Shown here one piece after another: positions 56,098 through 64,000 of a DNA stretch of 64,000 bases. The notes below the pieces were generated by a model that saw only the letters and a program-made list of their open reading frames with translations, did not search any database and was not told the origin of the DNA. Source of the stretch: a virus; IMG/VR virus record IMGVR_UViG_3300036828_000547, positions 1 through 64,000 of that record; one strand, given 5' to 3'. Made by a program: the position numbers and the translations under genes. Numbering within the stretch: position 1 is the first letter of the stretch; every line of letters begins with the position of its first letter.

Positions 56098-56751
56098 CTA
56101 GTGTCGATTAGCTACCCGTAGAAAGTCATCTTCTGCTAATTCAATCATAACTTTCTGCGTTAACAAGTGATCAAAGTGTGGCACCATACCGTGTGGAGCA
56201 TGGGCACAGAGTCGATGGTTCTTACCAAGTACGTCGATATTACCTGATATGCTACTCCCATTAATGCGATACTTCTGCTTGGTCCTACCTCCTTCGACAA
56301 TAAACCAACCATTTTCATTAAACGTCTTACGTTGTTCTGCTGTTAAATGTGACAGCAGTAGTTCTTTGGCTCTATTATTGGCCGTCCTAAGTAGTTCCTG
56401 TTCTATTGCCCGAGCGGCTTCTCGCTCAGCTTGCCGCGCCGCGCTGGCAATACGGTCTTCTTCCCTTTCATGCTGGTCAGACAGCCTGCGGATGATAGCC
56501 GGGGTGTAGGGAACAAACTGTGATACCAGTTGAGGCACCACCATCATCTGTTCTTCCATATTGGAAAGACCGTACCATAACCGAGGAATAGTACTCGTTG
56601 TTTGATTTATGGTTGGATAGATGATAGGAGTCGCAAGAGTGGTCGCAACAGGTGATATCCACTGTGGCCATGTTGGCAATGTGCTTGATATCCACTGTGG
56701 CCATGTCGGCAATGTGCGAGGGTACGAACGGACCTGATACATTGGAACCAT
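56098..56751 (-). CDS. Ubl-partner protein with single Cys (putative E2-like/ligase)
   Basis: starts 2 nt after the Ubl stop; C-terminal domain GNIDVLGKNHRLCAH..P..D..L.QK. Confidence 0.7.
   Translation of the reverse strand: MVPMYQVRSYPRTLPTWPQWISSTLPTWPQWISPVATTLATPIIYPTINQTTSTIPRLWYGLSNMEEQMMVVPQLVSQFVPYTPAIIRRLSDQHEREEDRIASAARQAEREAARAIEQELLRTANNRAKELLLSHLTAEQRKTFNENGWFIVEGGRTKQKYRINGSSISGNIDVLGKNHRLCAHAPHGMVPHFDHLLTQKVMIELAEDDFLRVANRH
56653..56717 (-). repeat. 33-bp tandem duplication (TLPTWPQWIS x2)
   Basis: two near-identical units with period 33. Confidence 0.9.
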
Positions 56752-56753
56752 GT

Positions 56754-56981
56754 CTAGCCGCCACGCAACTGAGGCACGAACATAACCTTGGAGGCTTTGG
56801 GGTCAAAGGTATCCATCCGTGATCCCTGCCCTCCAGAACCAGTCATATTGAATGCCCGATAGCCCTTCCCGATCATATCATCAAAGGTGCTTTCGGCCGC
56901 TTCGACTTCGACTTCAACAGCCGGGTCCCATGTCACGCTAGTATGACCAGTGTGATCTAACTTAATAGTTTCATGCCTCAT
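56754..56981 (-). CDS. ubiquitin-like (beta-grasp) protein ending in LRGG
   Basis: GGAG RBS 7 nt before ATG 56981; 75 aa; C-terminus KVMFVPQLRGG. Confidence 0.7.
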   Translation of the reverse strand: MRHETIKLDHTGHTSVTWDPAVEVEVEAAESTFDDMIGKGYRAFNMTGSGGQGSRMDTFDPKASKVMFVPQLRGG

Positions 56982-57011
56982 GAATCTACTCCATTGGTTT
57001 CTACAACTATA

Positions 57012-57079
57012 ATGGTGCCACAAACAATTATGAATGTAAAGTAAATTTACTTGTAACTTTTATGTGATTATGTTACAAT
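57012..57079. promoter_or_regulatory. divergent sigma70-type promoters
   Basis: minus TTTACA-17-CACCAT; plus TTGTAA-17-TACAAT. Confidence 0.6.
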
Positions 57080-57108
57080 GGCTTACGGGTGACTCATGCA
57101 GGTGACTC

Positions 57109-57366
57109 ATGGGCAAAATTTATGAAATCAAAACTGGACAACGAAGAAGGGTGGGTCGCACAGAGTTCATCGGAATGTTAGAAACTGCTGAAAAATACAT
57201 TGGACAGCTAAACTTTAAGAATTCTAATGAAGCAATAGATATTATTACCACCATGAAATGGAATGGAATGTTTAGTCCAAAATTTCGTGACGCCAATACC
57301 GAACCGTTGGAAGAATTGCTTGACGATCTCTACCTTAAACTTAACGAAGAAGGGGATGGTGCATGA
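57109..57366 (+). CDS. hypothetical protein
   Basis: AGGTGA RBS; follows promoter. Confidence 0.65.
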   Translation: MGKIYEIKTGQRRRVGRTEFIGMLETAEKYIGQLNFKNSNEAIDIITTMKWNGMFSPKFRDANTEPLEELLDDLYLKLNEEGDGA

Positions 57367-57629
57367 ACACGCTTAAAAAGTTGTGGATGCGCCTATTCCA
57401 TAGGCATAGTTACGAAATGGTGTTTGAAGGAGATGAGCTAAACTTCAAACTCATTTGCCGGTGTGGTGACATTGCCGCAGACTTTACCGAGGCCCTTGCA
57501 AAGATGGAGAATGTAGTAAAAGAAAACGAAAGGAAGAATTATGAGTTACTTCGCATGGGTGAGGGGACACCAACCTTGGTCCCCGGTGATGATATCCCCT
57601 CAGATCATCTGGGACGAAAAGATGGCTGA
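57363..57629 (+). CDS. hypothetical protein with H-x-H and CxCG
   Basis: ATGA overlap. Confidence 0.6.
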   Translation: MNTLKKLWMRLFHRHSYEMVFEGDELNFKLICRCGDIAADFTEALAKMENVVKENERKNYELLRMGEGTPTLVPGDDIPSDHLGRKDG

Positions 57630-57738
57630 CTACGTTAAATCGCAAGGGCACCTGGACGTAGCCCAGAAGCATCAGTTAACAGAAGAAGAGGAAAAGCTCA
57701 CATTAGACCAACTTGCGGCAAAGTATCCATTCAAATGA
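57622..57738 (+). CDS. small hypothetical protein
   Basis: overlaps both neighbours. Confidence 0.5.
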   Translation: MADYVKSQGHLDVAQKHQLTEEEEKLTLDQLAAKYPFK

Positions 57739-57935
57739 TTAGATTTCTAATAAGCTGCTTTCACCGTCTAAACCGCAGAACAGACATGCAAATACTCTGG
57801 CCTGCGTGTAAGGAACACGCTGGCGACCTAGATCATGCTAAAGCTGCATTCTTCCTTCACGTATCCAACGACCCAGCGTGGACAGACCACTACTCACACG
57901 GGGAGCTTATTAACTTCGTAGGATCGCTTAAATGA
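57735..57935 (+). CDS. hypothetical protein
   Basis: ATGA overlap; D.QILWP.CK...DLDHAKAAF..H...DPAW. Confidence 0.6.
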   Translation: MIRFLISCFHRLNRRTDMQILWPACKEHAGDLDHAKAAFFLHVSNDPAWTDHYSHGELINFVGSLK

Positions 57936-58024
57936 GGGGAATCCTAGGAGACGATCTTGGGGGCAAAACCGCCTCCTAGGTCCACTACACAGAAGGTGTG
58001 AGACCTCTGCGTAATGTCTGATTA

Positions 58025-58393
58025 TTAGGGTCTAACGTTGGTGAATCCAATACCGACGCCAGCGCCCACATTGTTCGACAGACCACCCGAAACCGCAGCA
58101 CCGTTACCGATGCTGAGAGCACCGGACGCGGCGTTGCTCTGACCTGCGGAAGCACCGACCGCAGACGAGAGGCTACCAGCCGGGGAGTTCGCGGCAATGC
58201 CAGCACCAAGAGAGGTGTTGGTTCCGGTCGCAATTGAACCAGCCGCAGCCGATCCAGTTGAGGCCGCACCAGTCGCGGTCTGTACGTGACCGAAGTTAAA
58301 CCCCGTGCCAATGGCAACGGTCGATCCAGCCTGAGCCGGACTGACCGCAGCAATAAGAACGAGCAAAGATACAGACGCCAATAGCTTCTTCAT
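58025..58393 (-). CDS. secreted Gly/Ala/Ser-rich protein
   Basis: signal peptide MKKLLASVSLLVLIAAVSPAQA; AGGAG RBS. Confidence 0.75.
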   Translation of the reverse strand: MKKLLASVSLLVLIAAVSPAQAGSTVAIGTGFNFGHVQTATGAASTGSAAAGSIATGTNTSLGAGIAANSPAGSLSSAVGASAGQSNAASGALSIGNGAAVSGGLSNNVGAGVGIGFTNVRP

Positions 58394-58421
58394 GTGGGGA
58401 CTCCTAATGCTGCCAGAAAGA

Positions 58422-59099
58422 TTAATGTGCCCAGACACGGCAGCGTTGCTTGGGACCATCATAGTCGTTGCACAGCCGATCCTTTCCGGTTGTGCCTTCG
58501 ACTAACCAGATTTGACCACCCTTGAGTTCCTGATTGAATGTGGCTCTGAAGTTGTCCATTAAGTTGTTGGACTTCTCAGCACTAGCGGTGCTGAGAACAA
58601 CTGGCTGCGGTTGCGCCTGTGGAAGATAGCGCCAGCACACCTCAGGCATGGCCCGGTATATGTCTGTATTCAGACATAGACGGGCAACAGCGGCCTTTTT
58701 GAGCCCGAAGGACCATAAAGTACGAGCGTCCAAACGAGCCGCGCATCCCGGATCAGGGATGGTTGTACCGAAGCTGAAGCCAGTCCCGACGAATGCGCCG
58801 CCTCCGGAAACGGAGCCGAGGCACGTTTCCAGACCCGCTGCTGCAAGTCCAGGAGCGAATTCGGTGGGAACGTTTTTTATGGTTTGAGTCGCTGGAATAG
58901 TTGTGCCAGCGTTGACGACTGTAGTCGTTTTAACGGCCCCGACTCCGGTCCCCCCTTGACCAGATATGGCAACAGCCTTGGAGGCTGAATTAGAGTTAGC
59001 AGTGCCGGTTCCGGTGCCAATCGCTGTTGTTGTTTGTGCCATAGCAGAAGTAGAGACTCCACACATAGCTATGATGGAAGCCACGACTAATGGTTTCAT
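58422..59099 (-). CDS. secreted Cys-containing protein
   Basis: signal peptide ending AMA-Q; APGL..ETCLGSVSGG..GFSFG...DPGC..LDARTL..AAVARLC. Confidence 0.75.
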   Translation of the reverse strand: MKPLVVASIIAMCGVSTSAMAQTTTAIGTGTGTANSNSASKAVAISGQGGTGVGAVKTTTVVNAGTTIPATQTIKNVPTEFAPGLAAAGLETCLGSVSGGGAFVGTGFSFGTTIPDPGCAARLDARTLWSFGLKKAAVARLCLNTDIYRAMPEVCWRYLPQAQPQPVVLSTASAEKSNNLMDNFRATFNQELKGGQIWLVEGTTGKDRLCNDYDGPKQRCRVWAH

Positions 59100-59146
59100 G
59101 ATTGTTCCCCAAGATGGTTAGGAGGCACCCCCGCCCCGAAGGTAAC

Positions 59147-59175
59147 ATGATGGCACAAATAGGGCCATAAAGCAA
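59147..59175 (-). promoter_or_regulatory. putative promoter of the secreted pair
   Basis: TTGCTT-17-CATCAT with TG extended -10. Confidence 0.45.
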
Positions 59176-59228
59176 TAGTGAATATGGACTAAAGCTATTT
59201 TATGGCTGGAGTGTGGTATTGATGCCAC

Positions 59229-59444
59229 TTATTCACCGAATTCGCTATGATACATCAGTTCGGCATCATCATCTTTTACGAGGACTCCTCCTTTGACTTT
59301 GTCAAACACAAACTTCCCGCACTCAGGGCAATAGTTTGGGAAGCGTGGATTGACCCAGCACGCCAGGAAGTTACAGCACGGCATCTGGATCAATCTAAAT
59401 ACCACTCGCTGAGTTGTCTTCATCGTTGGGATTTTCCTTGCCAT
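59229..59444 (-). CDS. small zinc-ribbon protein
   Basis: MPCC...YCPECG. Confidence 0.6.
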   Translation of the reverse strand: MARKIPTMKTTQRVVFRLIQMPCCNFLACWVNPRFPNYCPECGKFVFDKVKGGVLVKDDDAELMYHSEFGE

Positions 59445-59751
59445 TGAGGCCACCCTTTTCAAGCCAAGCTTCGTATCGTTCTGCACTACCCCAACAGTCA
59501 TGAGGAGCGTAGTTATACAGAAACTTGACGTAATTGGGAAGTATCGTTATATTAATGTTGTCAGCACGTTCGACCGCTCCAGTAAGATCGTTCCTAAAAA
59601 CAGCCCGAAGAAAGTCCCCCGGTTGAATACCATCTTCAATGTATCTCCTCAACCCTCCTATCATGTACTCTGGAATAAGGGTCCAGTCTATATCTTGACC
59701 AATCGTGTAATCAATCGGGTGTGGATAGGTCTTTTCTGCGGGGTATCTCAT
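59395..59751 (-). CDS. conserved phage hypothetical protein
   Basis: L.RYIEDGIQPGDFLRAV..NDL..AV.RAD...AP..CWGS. Confidence 0.7.
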   Translation of the reverse strand: MRYPAEKTYPHPIDYTIGQDIDWTLIPEYMIGGLRRYIEDGIQPGDFLRAVFRNDLTGAVERADNINITILPNYVKFLYNYAPHDCWGSAERYEAWLEKGGLNGKENPNDEDNSASGI

Positions 59752-60074
59752 GGCTGTTCCTCCGTATCATCAGGGTTAACGAATCCATCATCCTCATCAT
59801 CTTCGACAGCACGGTGGAAATGTTCATCATTTAGCCCTGTCATCAGCATTTCACGATTTACCGGTGATAAGCTAGGAAGAACGTCTTGAATCAGCATACC
59901 ATCCAGCCACATCTGATAGCCGATGTATTGCTCGGCCGTTAGCCTGACGATAGCCGTCGGTGGATTTTTGAAGAACGCGCGTGGCGGGGTGACTTCAATA
60001 ATGAAGGTACCATCGCTCTGAGGTTTCACTACACGTGTCGGGCCAAAGCCCAGATTATCGATTGGTTTGATCAT
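59748..60074 (-). CDS. conserved phage hypothetical protein
   Basis: GMLIQDVLPSLS..RE.LMTG. Confidence 0.7.
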   Translation of the reverse strand: MIKPIDNLGFGPTRVVKPQSDGTFIIEVTPPRAFFKNPPTAIVRLTAEQYIGYQMWLDGMLIQDVLPSLSPVNREMLMTGLNDEHFHRAVEDDEDDGFVNPDDTEEQP

Positions 60075-60079
60075 CTTAG

Positions 60080-60265
60080 TTAATCCTCCGGTTCGATTGG
60101 CTCATCTGCCCAATAGTTGGGGTCCTCCAAGACATCCTTACGGTACTTGGACATCTGCTTGTCATGGCAGTTTTCGCACGTGCGGCATAGTTCTATGCCC
60201 CTTGCATCGAACTGCCATTTACTTTCTTTCCCTGAACCGCAGGGACATAGCCTTATCCTTGCCAT
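60080..60265 (-). CDS. small zinc-binding protein (CPCGSGK, CxxCxxC)
   Basis: motifs; TAATG overlap. Confidence 0.65.
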   Translation of the reverse strand: MARIRLCPCGSGKESKWQFDARGIELCRTCENCHDKQMSKYRKDVLEDPNYWADEPIEPED

Positions 60266-60768
60266 TACTCAGCCGCCTCAAGAACAGGGACACCCAGCAC
60301 TTCGTCAACTAACTTGCCGGTGATAATAGCCTTGAGCAATTGCTGCATAAGGATTCTCATGTCCATACCCTTGGCACGGGCTTTCTTATCGTATACCATC
60401 AGAACATCAGGGCCAAGGTGGAGCTTAACGTGTTGAGCTTTGCTGAAATACAAAGCCTTCTCATATGTCATTGGCTCGTGTTTCATATCCAATGTGCGTA
60501 GGGTGATACCACGACGGCAGCATTGAACCTGGAGTGTCTGGGGTGTACAGCCAAAGTATGCTGCGATCTGATGCTTGTTCCAGCCATCAGCAATCAGCTC
60601 AGGAATCCATGCGTAGTGCTCTGGCATTAATACTTTCTTGCCGTTCATAGCTTTTGGTTCCTGTTGTTCCATAAGTTTGAGTAATTTTTCATGATCGTGC
60701 TCAATTCGCCAGAGCATGAAATTACGCGCCTTGATTTGTATATCAAGGCGCTTAATCTCTGACTGCAT
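60265..60768 (-). CDS. HTH-containing protein
   Basis: GWNKHQIAAYFGCTPQTLQVQCCRRGITL; start re-called downstream of promoter. Confidence 0.65.
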   Translation of the reverse strand: MQSEIKRLDIQIKARNFMLWRIEHDHEKLLKLMEQQEPKAMNGKKVLMPEHYAWIPELIADGWNKHQIAAYFGCTPQTLQVQCCRRGITLRTLDMKHEPMTYEKALYFSKAQHVKLHLGPDVLMVYDKKARAKGMDMRILMQQLLKAIITGKLVDEVLGVPVLEAAE

Positions 60769-60814
60769 TATGAACCATCCTCTATCGCTTATCTCGTGCT
60801 TATGCACGCAACAC

Positions 60815-60851
60815 AATATACTTTACAAAATGTGGACGCGCAAGTGTGATT
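60815..60851 (-). promoter_or_regulatory. sigma70-type promoter with upstream AATCACAC
   Basis: AATCACAC-TTGCGC-17-TATATT. Confidence 0.55.
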
Positions 60852-60936
60852 GTGTAAAGTTCACTGTTGTAATCACGGGCAATACACTTTACTATTACAT
60901 GGTGCAATTAGAACGGGTAAGAGGAGTTTCTTGGCG

Positions 60937-61269
60937 ATGAGATATATCACAAACTATGGTGTGCAAATCACACTATTGCATCCTAATTGCACGCTTGAGC
61001 ATCTTGGCTTCCTTCCAGGATGGCTGGATGAAAATGACCCGACACCGGCTAAGGAGCAATTGGGTCGGAACTATATGCATGGTGGTGGATGGAGGCCATT
61101 CACTGGATTTAAAATGATAAGAGAGTTCTGCTTAAAGTTTCCTGGTGATCCTATACTCAGGCCAATCGCACAATTCAAACTGCATAATGAATTTATATTC
61201 ATGTACGACCATGCATGGGTATCGATCGTACAGCCAGATAAGACGTTTGAAGTATGCAGAATGGATTAA
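60937..61269 (+). CDS. conserved phage hypothetical protein
   Basis: GAGGAG RBS; LGFLPGWLDENDP..AKEQ...Y.HGGGW.PF, EVCRMD. Confidence 0.7.
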   Translation: MRYITNYGVQITLLHPNCTLEHLGFLPGWLDENDPTPAKEQLGRNYMHGGGWRPFTGFKMIREFCLKFPGDPILRPIAQFKLHNEFIFMYDHAWVSIVQPDKTFEVCRMD

Positions 61270-61643
61270 TAAAAACTGTAATCGTTGTGACGGTTCTTGG
61301 GTTTGGAATCGTTGCCTTTGGCGCAGCGGTAGAAGAGACTATACGACAATGGCAGCAGCAGAATGCTCCAGAAGAAGGTCAGACCAGTACCCCTAAAAGC
61401 GATCGGGAAAAGATAACAGCCAGAATTGAGTCAGTTGTACCAAAGAACACTGCTCCGATACCGGAACCTATGCCGGAGCCAGTAATCGTTAAGGTTGAAG
61501 AGGCTAATAAGATTGACCTAAAGCAAGCAGCCGAAGAACGGCATACAAAGAAACCAAAGAATATTTGTGAACGAGGAGGAGGACGTAAGGAAATCTACAG
61601 AAGGGGTAGATCATGGCGGTGCATCTATGAGCACAAACCGTAA
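61254..61643 (+). CDS. membrane-anchored/exported protein
   Basis: N-terminal TM; C-terminal IC...K....RSWRC. Confidence 0.6.
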   Translation: MQNGLIKTVIVVTVLGFGIVAFGAAVEETIRQWQQQNAPEEGQTSTPKSDREKITARIESVVPKNTAPIPEPMPEPVIVKVEEANKIDLKQAAEERHTKKPKNICERGGGRKEIYRRGRSWRCIYEHKP

Positions 61644-61668
61644 AGTCTTGGAGTACAAATCATAAACA

Positions 61669-62334
61669 TTGAAGGATAACAGAATCATGAGAGAACTAAA
61701 TGAGCGTATAAAGAATATCCCGATCCCGGATAGACTGCGTAAGCTGTTAATCGATGATCGTGGTTTTCCAATTCCAAAGTTTGTGCCATATGTGGACGGC
61801 AAGCCTGAGTTTCGTGGCATGGACGGCCCACATCTCAAAATGTGTGTAAGATTGAAACGATGTTGGGTGTGTGGTCAGCCACTCGGGGTTCATATGACAT
61901 TCGTCATTGGGCCAATGTGTGCGGTCAATCGTGTTAGTTCAGAGCCTCCAAGTCATAATTCTTGTGGCAAGTACGCCGCTCTAGCATGTCCGTTTCTGAC
62001 ACAACCAAGAATGCGCCGAAATGAAAAGGATATGCCACTGGAAAAAGGTGAAGTTGCTGGAATTATGATAAAGCGAAACCCCGGTGTAGCCCTCTTGTGG
62101 ACTACACGGTCTTATAAGATAATGAAAACACCAACCGGACCATTATTCAGAATAGGAGACCCAGAGCAGATAGAGTTCTATGCAGAAGGACGTCAGGCCA
62201 CTCGCGAGGAAATAATGACCTCAATTGAAAGTGGTATGCCAATTCTACGGGATATGGCGAAAGAAGATGGTCCTGAAGCCGAGAAACAACTACAGCAACA
62301 GTATCATGATGCAATGGAACTGGTGCCAGCATGA
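61669..62334 (+). CDS. conserved phage protein with putative Zn site
   Basis: RGFPIP.FV, CWVCG, EPPSH..C..YA..ACPFL. Confidence 0.75.
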   Translation: MKDNRIMRELNERIKNIPIPDRLRKLLIDDRGFPIPKFVPYVDGKPEFRGMDGPHLKMCVRLKRCWVCGQPLGVHMTFVIGPMCAVNRVSSEPPSHNSCGKYAALACPFLTQPRMRRNEKDMPLEKGEVAGIMIKRNPGVALLWTTRSYKIMKTPTGPLFRIGDPEQIEFYAEGRQATREEIMTSIESGMPILRDMAKEDGPEAEKQLQQQYHDAMELVPA

Positions 62335-62759
62335 GTATACTTATCATAGGACCTGAAGAGCAAGAAGCAATCCGTGTTGCAATTGCAATGGCACGAAGCA
62401 ATCCTGTTCCGTGGGAAGTTATGCAAAGCATTGCTGACCCGACACCTACGTCAACTCTACGTATGGATCAAGAAAAACAAAAAATTGTGGATGATGTCTA
62501 CAAGCAATATCCATCACAAAGCTTGACTTTGGGAAACTGCCGGGTGGCATTCAGTTTCGAATATCAACCAGCAGGGTTGTTCAGGCACTTATCTGTATCG
62601 GTACAGAGGAAAAGAAAAGTTCCTCATTACGAGGTTGTGAAGATGCTTGCTCTAGAGTTTGGATTTTCTAGCTTTCCGCCAGAACGTCCGTTCAGAATCT
62701 GGAACGAAGAATATGAAAAAGACCACTTTGCCGTGAATATAATTGAGATAGAACCATAA
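62331..62759 (+). CDS. hypothetical protein
   Basis: FSFEYQPAG.FRHLSVSV; ATGA overlap. Confidence 0.7.
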   Translation: MSILIIGPEEQEAIRVAIAMARSNPVPWEVMQSIADPTPTSTLRMDQEKQKIVDDVYKQYPSQSLTLGNCRVAFSFEYQPAGLFRHLSVSVQRKRKVPHYEVVKMLALEFGFSSFPPERPFRIWNEEYEKDHFAVNIIEIEP

Positions 62760-62787
62760 AATCCCTGTGTATAACTAATTTGAATGC

Positions 62788-62830
62788 TTGCCATTCTTGG
62801 GGCCGTATTGTAAAGTAATATTGCCCCAAG
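62788..62830 (+). promoter_or_regulatory. promoter embedded in an inverted repeat
   Basis: TTGCCA-17-TAAAGT; arms CTTGGGGC/GCCCCAAG. Confidence 0.55.
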
Positions 62831-62858
62831 TAGGGGTGATTGAGCAAGGTGGAGGGTT

Positions 62859-63089
62859 ATGGATAGGGAAGGACTAGGCAAGCTTGAATTGCTTGTTAAT
62901 GAGTATGGACTAACCGGTGTGTTGTCAGGGCTTTCATATATTTGTGGTGAGAAATCGCAGCACATTGCAGCACACTGGCAAGATGAGGATTTGTCCAATT
63001 TGTGGATGGGCCATGCGGCCAGATTGGACAGGGTGGCAGCTCGCATAGAAAGCAGGGGAAATGGAAGACTTGGTGAAACGAAACAATGA
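62859..63089 (+). CDS. hypothetical protein
   Basis: GGAGG RBS. Confidence 0.65.
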   Translation: MDREGLGKLELLVNEYGLTGVLSGLSYICGEKSQHIAAHWQDEDLSNLWMGHAARLDRVAARIESRGNGRLGETKQ

Positions 63090-63240
63090 TCGACTGAAAC
63101 TGCTCAATGACTTAGAGGAAGCACTAGAGCGGTTCAATGCACTAGAGGCATATCTTAACATAGATACAAGTGAAGATAGGGCCGAACTACGCATGGTTAT
63201 GATGCGTATTCAAAAATGGCGAGGGGTTGGGGAGCATTAG
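63061..63240 (+). CDS. hypothetical coiled-coil protein (59 aa, not in the ORF track)
   Basis: MEDLVKRNNDRLKLL...GEH*. Confidence 0.5.
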   Translation: MEDLVKRNNDRLKLLNDLEEALERFNALEAYLNIDTSEDRAELRMVMMRIQKWRGVGEH

Positions 63241-63272
63241 CTCCCCTTCTTGCTTTTAATCAAGGGGAAACA

Positions 63273-63500
63273 ATGGTCGCAAGTCATACAACTGTAGAGC
63301 AGATTGTTAAGATTATGCTCAAGTACATGAATAAAAAGGATGCTCTTCGAATGGCAAGGGAAATCCACAACCACGTCAAGGGCAATCAAAGCGTGACCCA
63401 TACATTCCATAGGATTGTACAGGAACTTGTGGAAATGGATGGGGATTTAGTAAGTGTGATCAATCGAGTAATAAATAGGGAGAGTGGTGAGTATGAGTAG
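63273..63500 (+). CDS. hypothetical protein
   Basis: AAGGGG RBS at MVASHTT. Confidence 0.6.
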   Translation: MVASHTTVEQIVKIMLKYMNKKDALRMAREIHNHVKGNQSVTHTFHRIVQELVEMDGDLVSVINRVINRESGEYE

Positions 63501-63828
63501 AAACATATTTGGGTGGTCTCTACCTCCCGGTGTTACCAACAAGATGATCGACGAGGCTGCTGGAATGGACCAGCCTTGTGCGGTCTGTTGTATGGATGTC
63601 GCAGACTGCTGTTGTCCAGAGTGTCCGAACTGCGGGGAGCAGGGAAATCCAAAGTGTTACAAGGAACATGGGCTCAAGCTCAATAAAGAACAGGTTACTA
63701 ACCGGGTGAACTGTCGTATCTTTCAGCTAAATCTACAAATTGCTGATGAACAGCAATATCTTGGATACCTCGCAATAACAGGGCAAACGGAATGGGATAT
63801 AAGCGAAACTCGAGATCCTTTTGGTTAG
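63493..63828 (+). CDS. Cys-rich zinc-binding protein
   Basis: FGWSLPPG, CAVC...CCCPECPNCG..GNPKCY..HG. Confidence 0.65.
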   Translation: MSRNIFGWSLPPGVTNKMIDEAAGMDQPCAVCCMDVADCCCPECPNCGEQGNPKCYKEHGLKLNKEQVTNRVNCRIFQLNLQIADEQQYLGYLAITGQTEWDISETRDPFG

Positions 63829-63837
63829 GAGGGTACA

Positions 63838-64000
63838 ATGAAATGGAAGAAGCGCCTAGAGGAATTAATTAGACTACGCGCCAAGCATGGCCGGGATAGG
63901 CACTTGGCACGAAGCTTCCCCAACCTCAAGGTGGAGCAGCGTACCGCGCCCACATCAGACAGGATGGGTCCTCCGCCATTGCTGAGTAAAGAACAGCTAA
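63838..64000 (+). CDS. hypothetical protein, truncated by the window end
   Basis: AGGAGG RBS; open to the end. Confidence 0.5.
   Translation, partial: MKWKKRLEELIRLRAKHGRDRHLARSFPNLKVEQRTAPTSDRMGPPPLLSKEQL

Noticed and set aside
1-64000. Alternative genetic code, introns/inteins, integrase or att site
   Set aside because: Core genes read through at normal length in code 11, no insertions seen in terL, polymerase or helicases, and no recombinase is recognisable.

Overview
The window is part of a tailed dsDNA phage genome with a contractile (myovirus) tail. It is probably incomplete: no primase, integrase or tRNA is visible and the last ORF runs off the end. All product calls come from motifs, gene order and recalled family resemblance; no search was run. 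Plus strand ~1-38.5 kb: terminase, DUF1073-type portal, NUDIX-DUF2213 head protease, scaffold, capsid, neck, sheath, tube, two tape-measure paralogs, baseplate, fibres and amidase endolysin, a Bcep781/Aaphi23-like gene set. Minus strand ~38.7-57 kb: SNF2 and UvrD helicases, nucleases, family A DNA polymerase, a DUF3631 ATPase, SSB and a thymidine-hypermodification cluster. From ~57 kb: small accessory genes. The host is tentatively a Rhizobiales/Bradyrhizobium-like alphaproteobacterium (inference from accessory gene resemblance). Most notable observations: (1) a 75-aa protein with predicted beta-grasp topology ending in -LRGG, coupled to a partner with a single Cys in an E2-like context and no E1 in the window; (2) a dUMP hydroxymethylase + GT-A glycosyltransferase + aGPT-Pplase1-like cluster with no P-loop kinase, suggesting a glycosylated hmU (base J-like); (3) perfect 23-bp inverted repeats bracketing the DUF3631 gene; (4) a pseudoknotted RNA-like element after the capsid gene; (5) duplicated tape measure genes; (6) a Pro/His-repeat moron; (7) small domains reused across several virion proteins.
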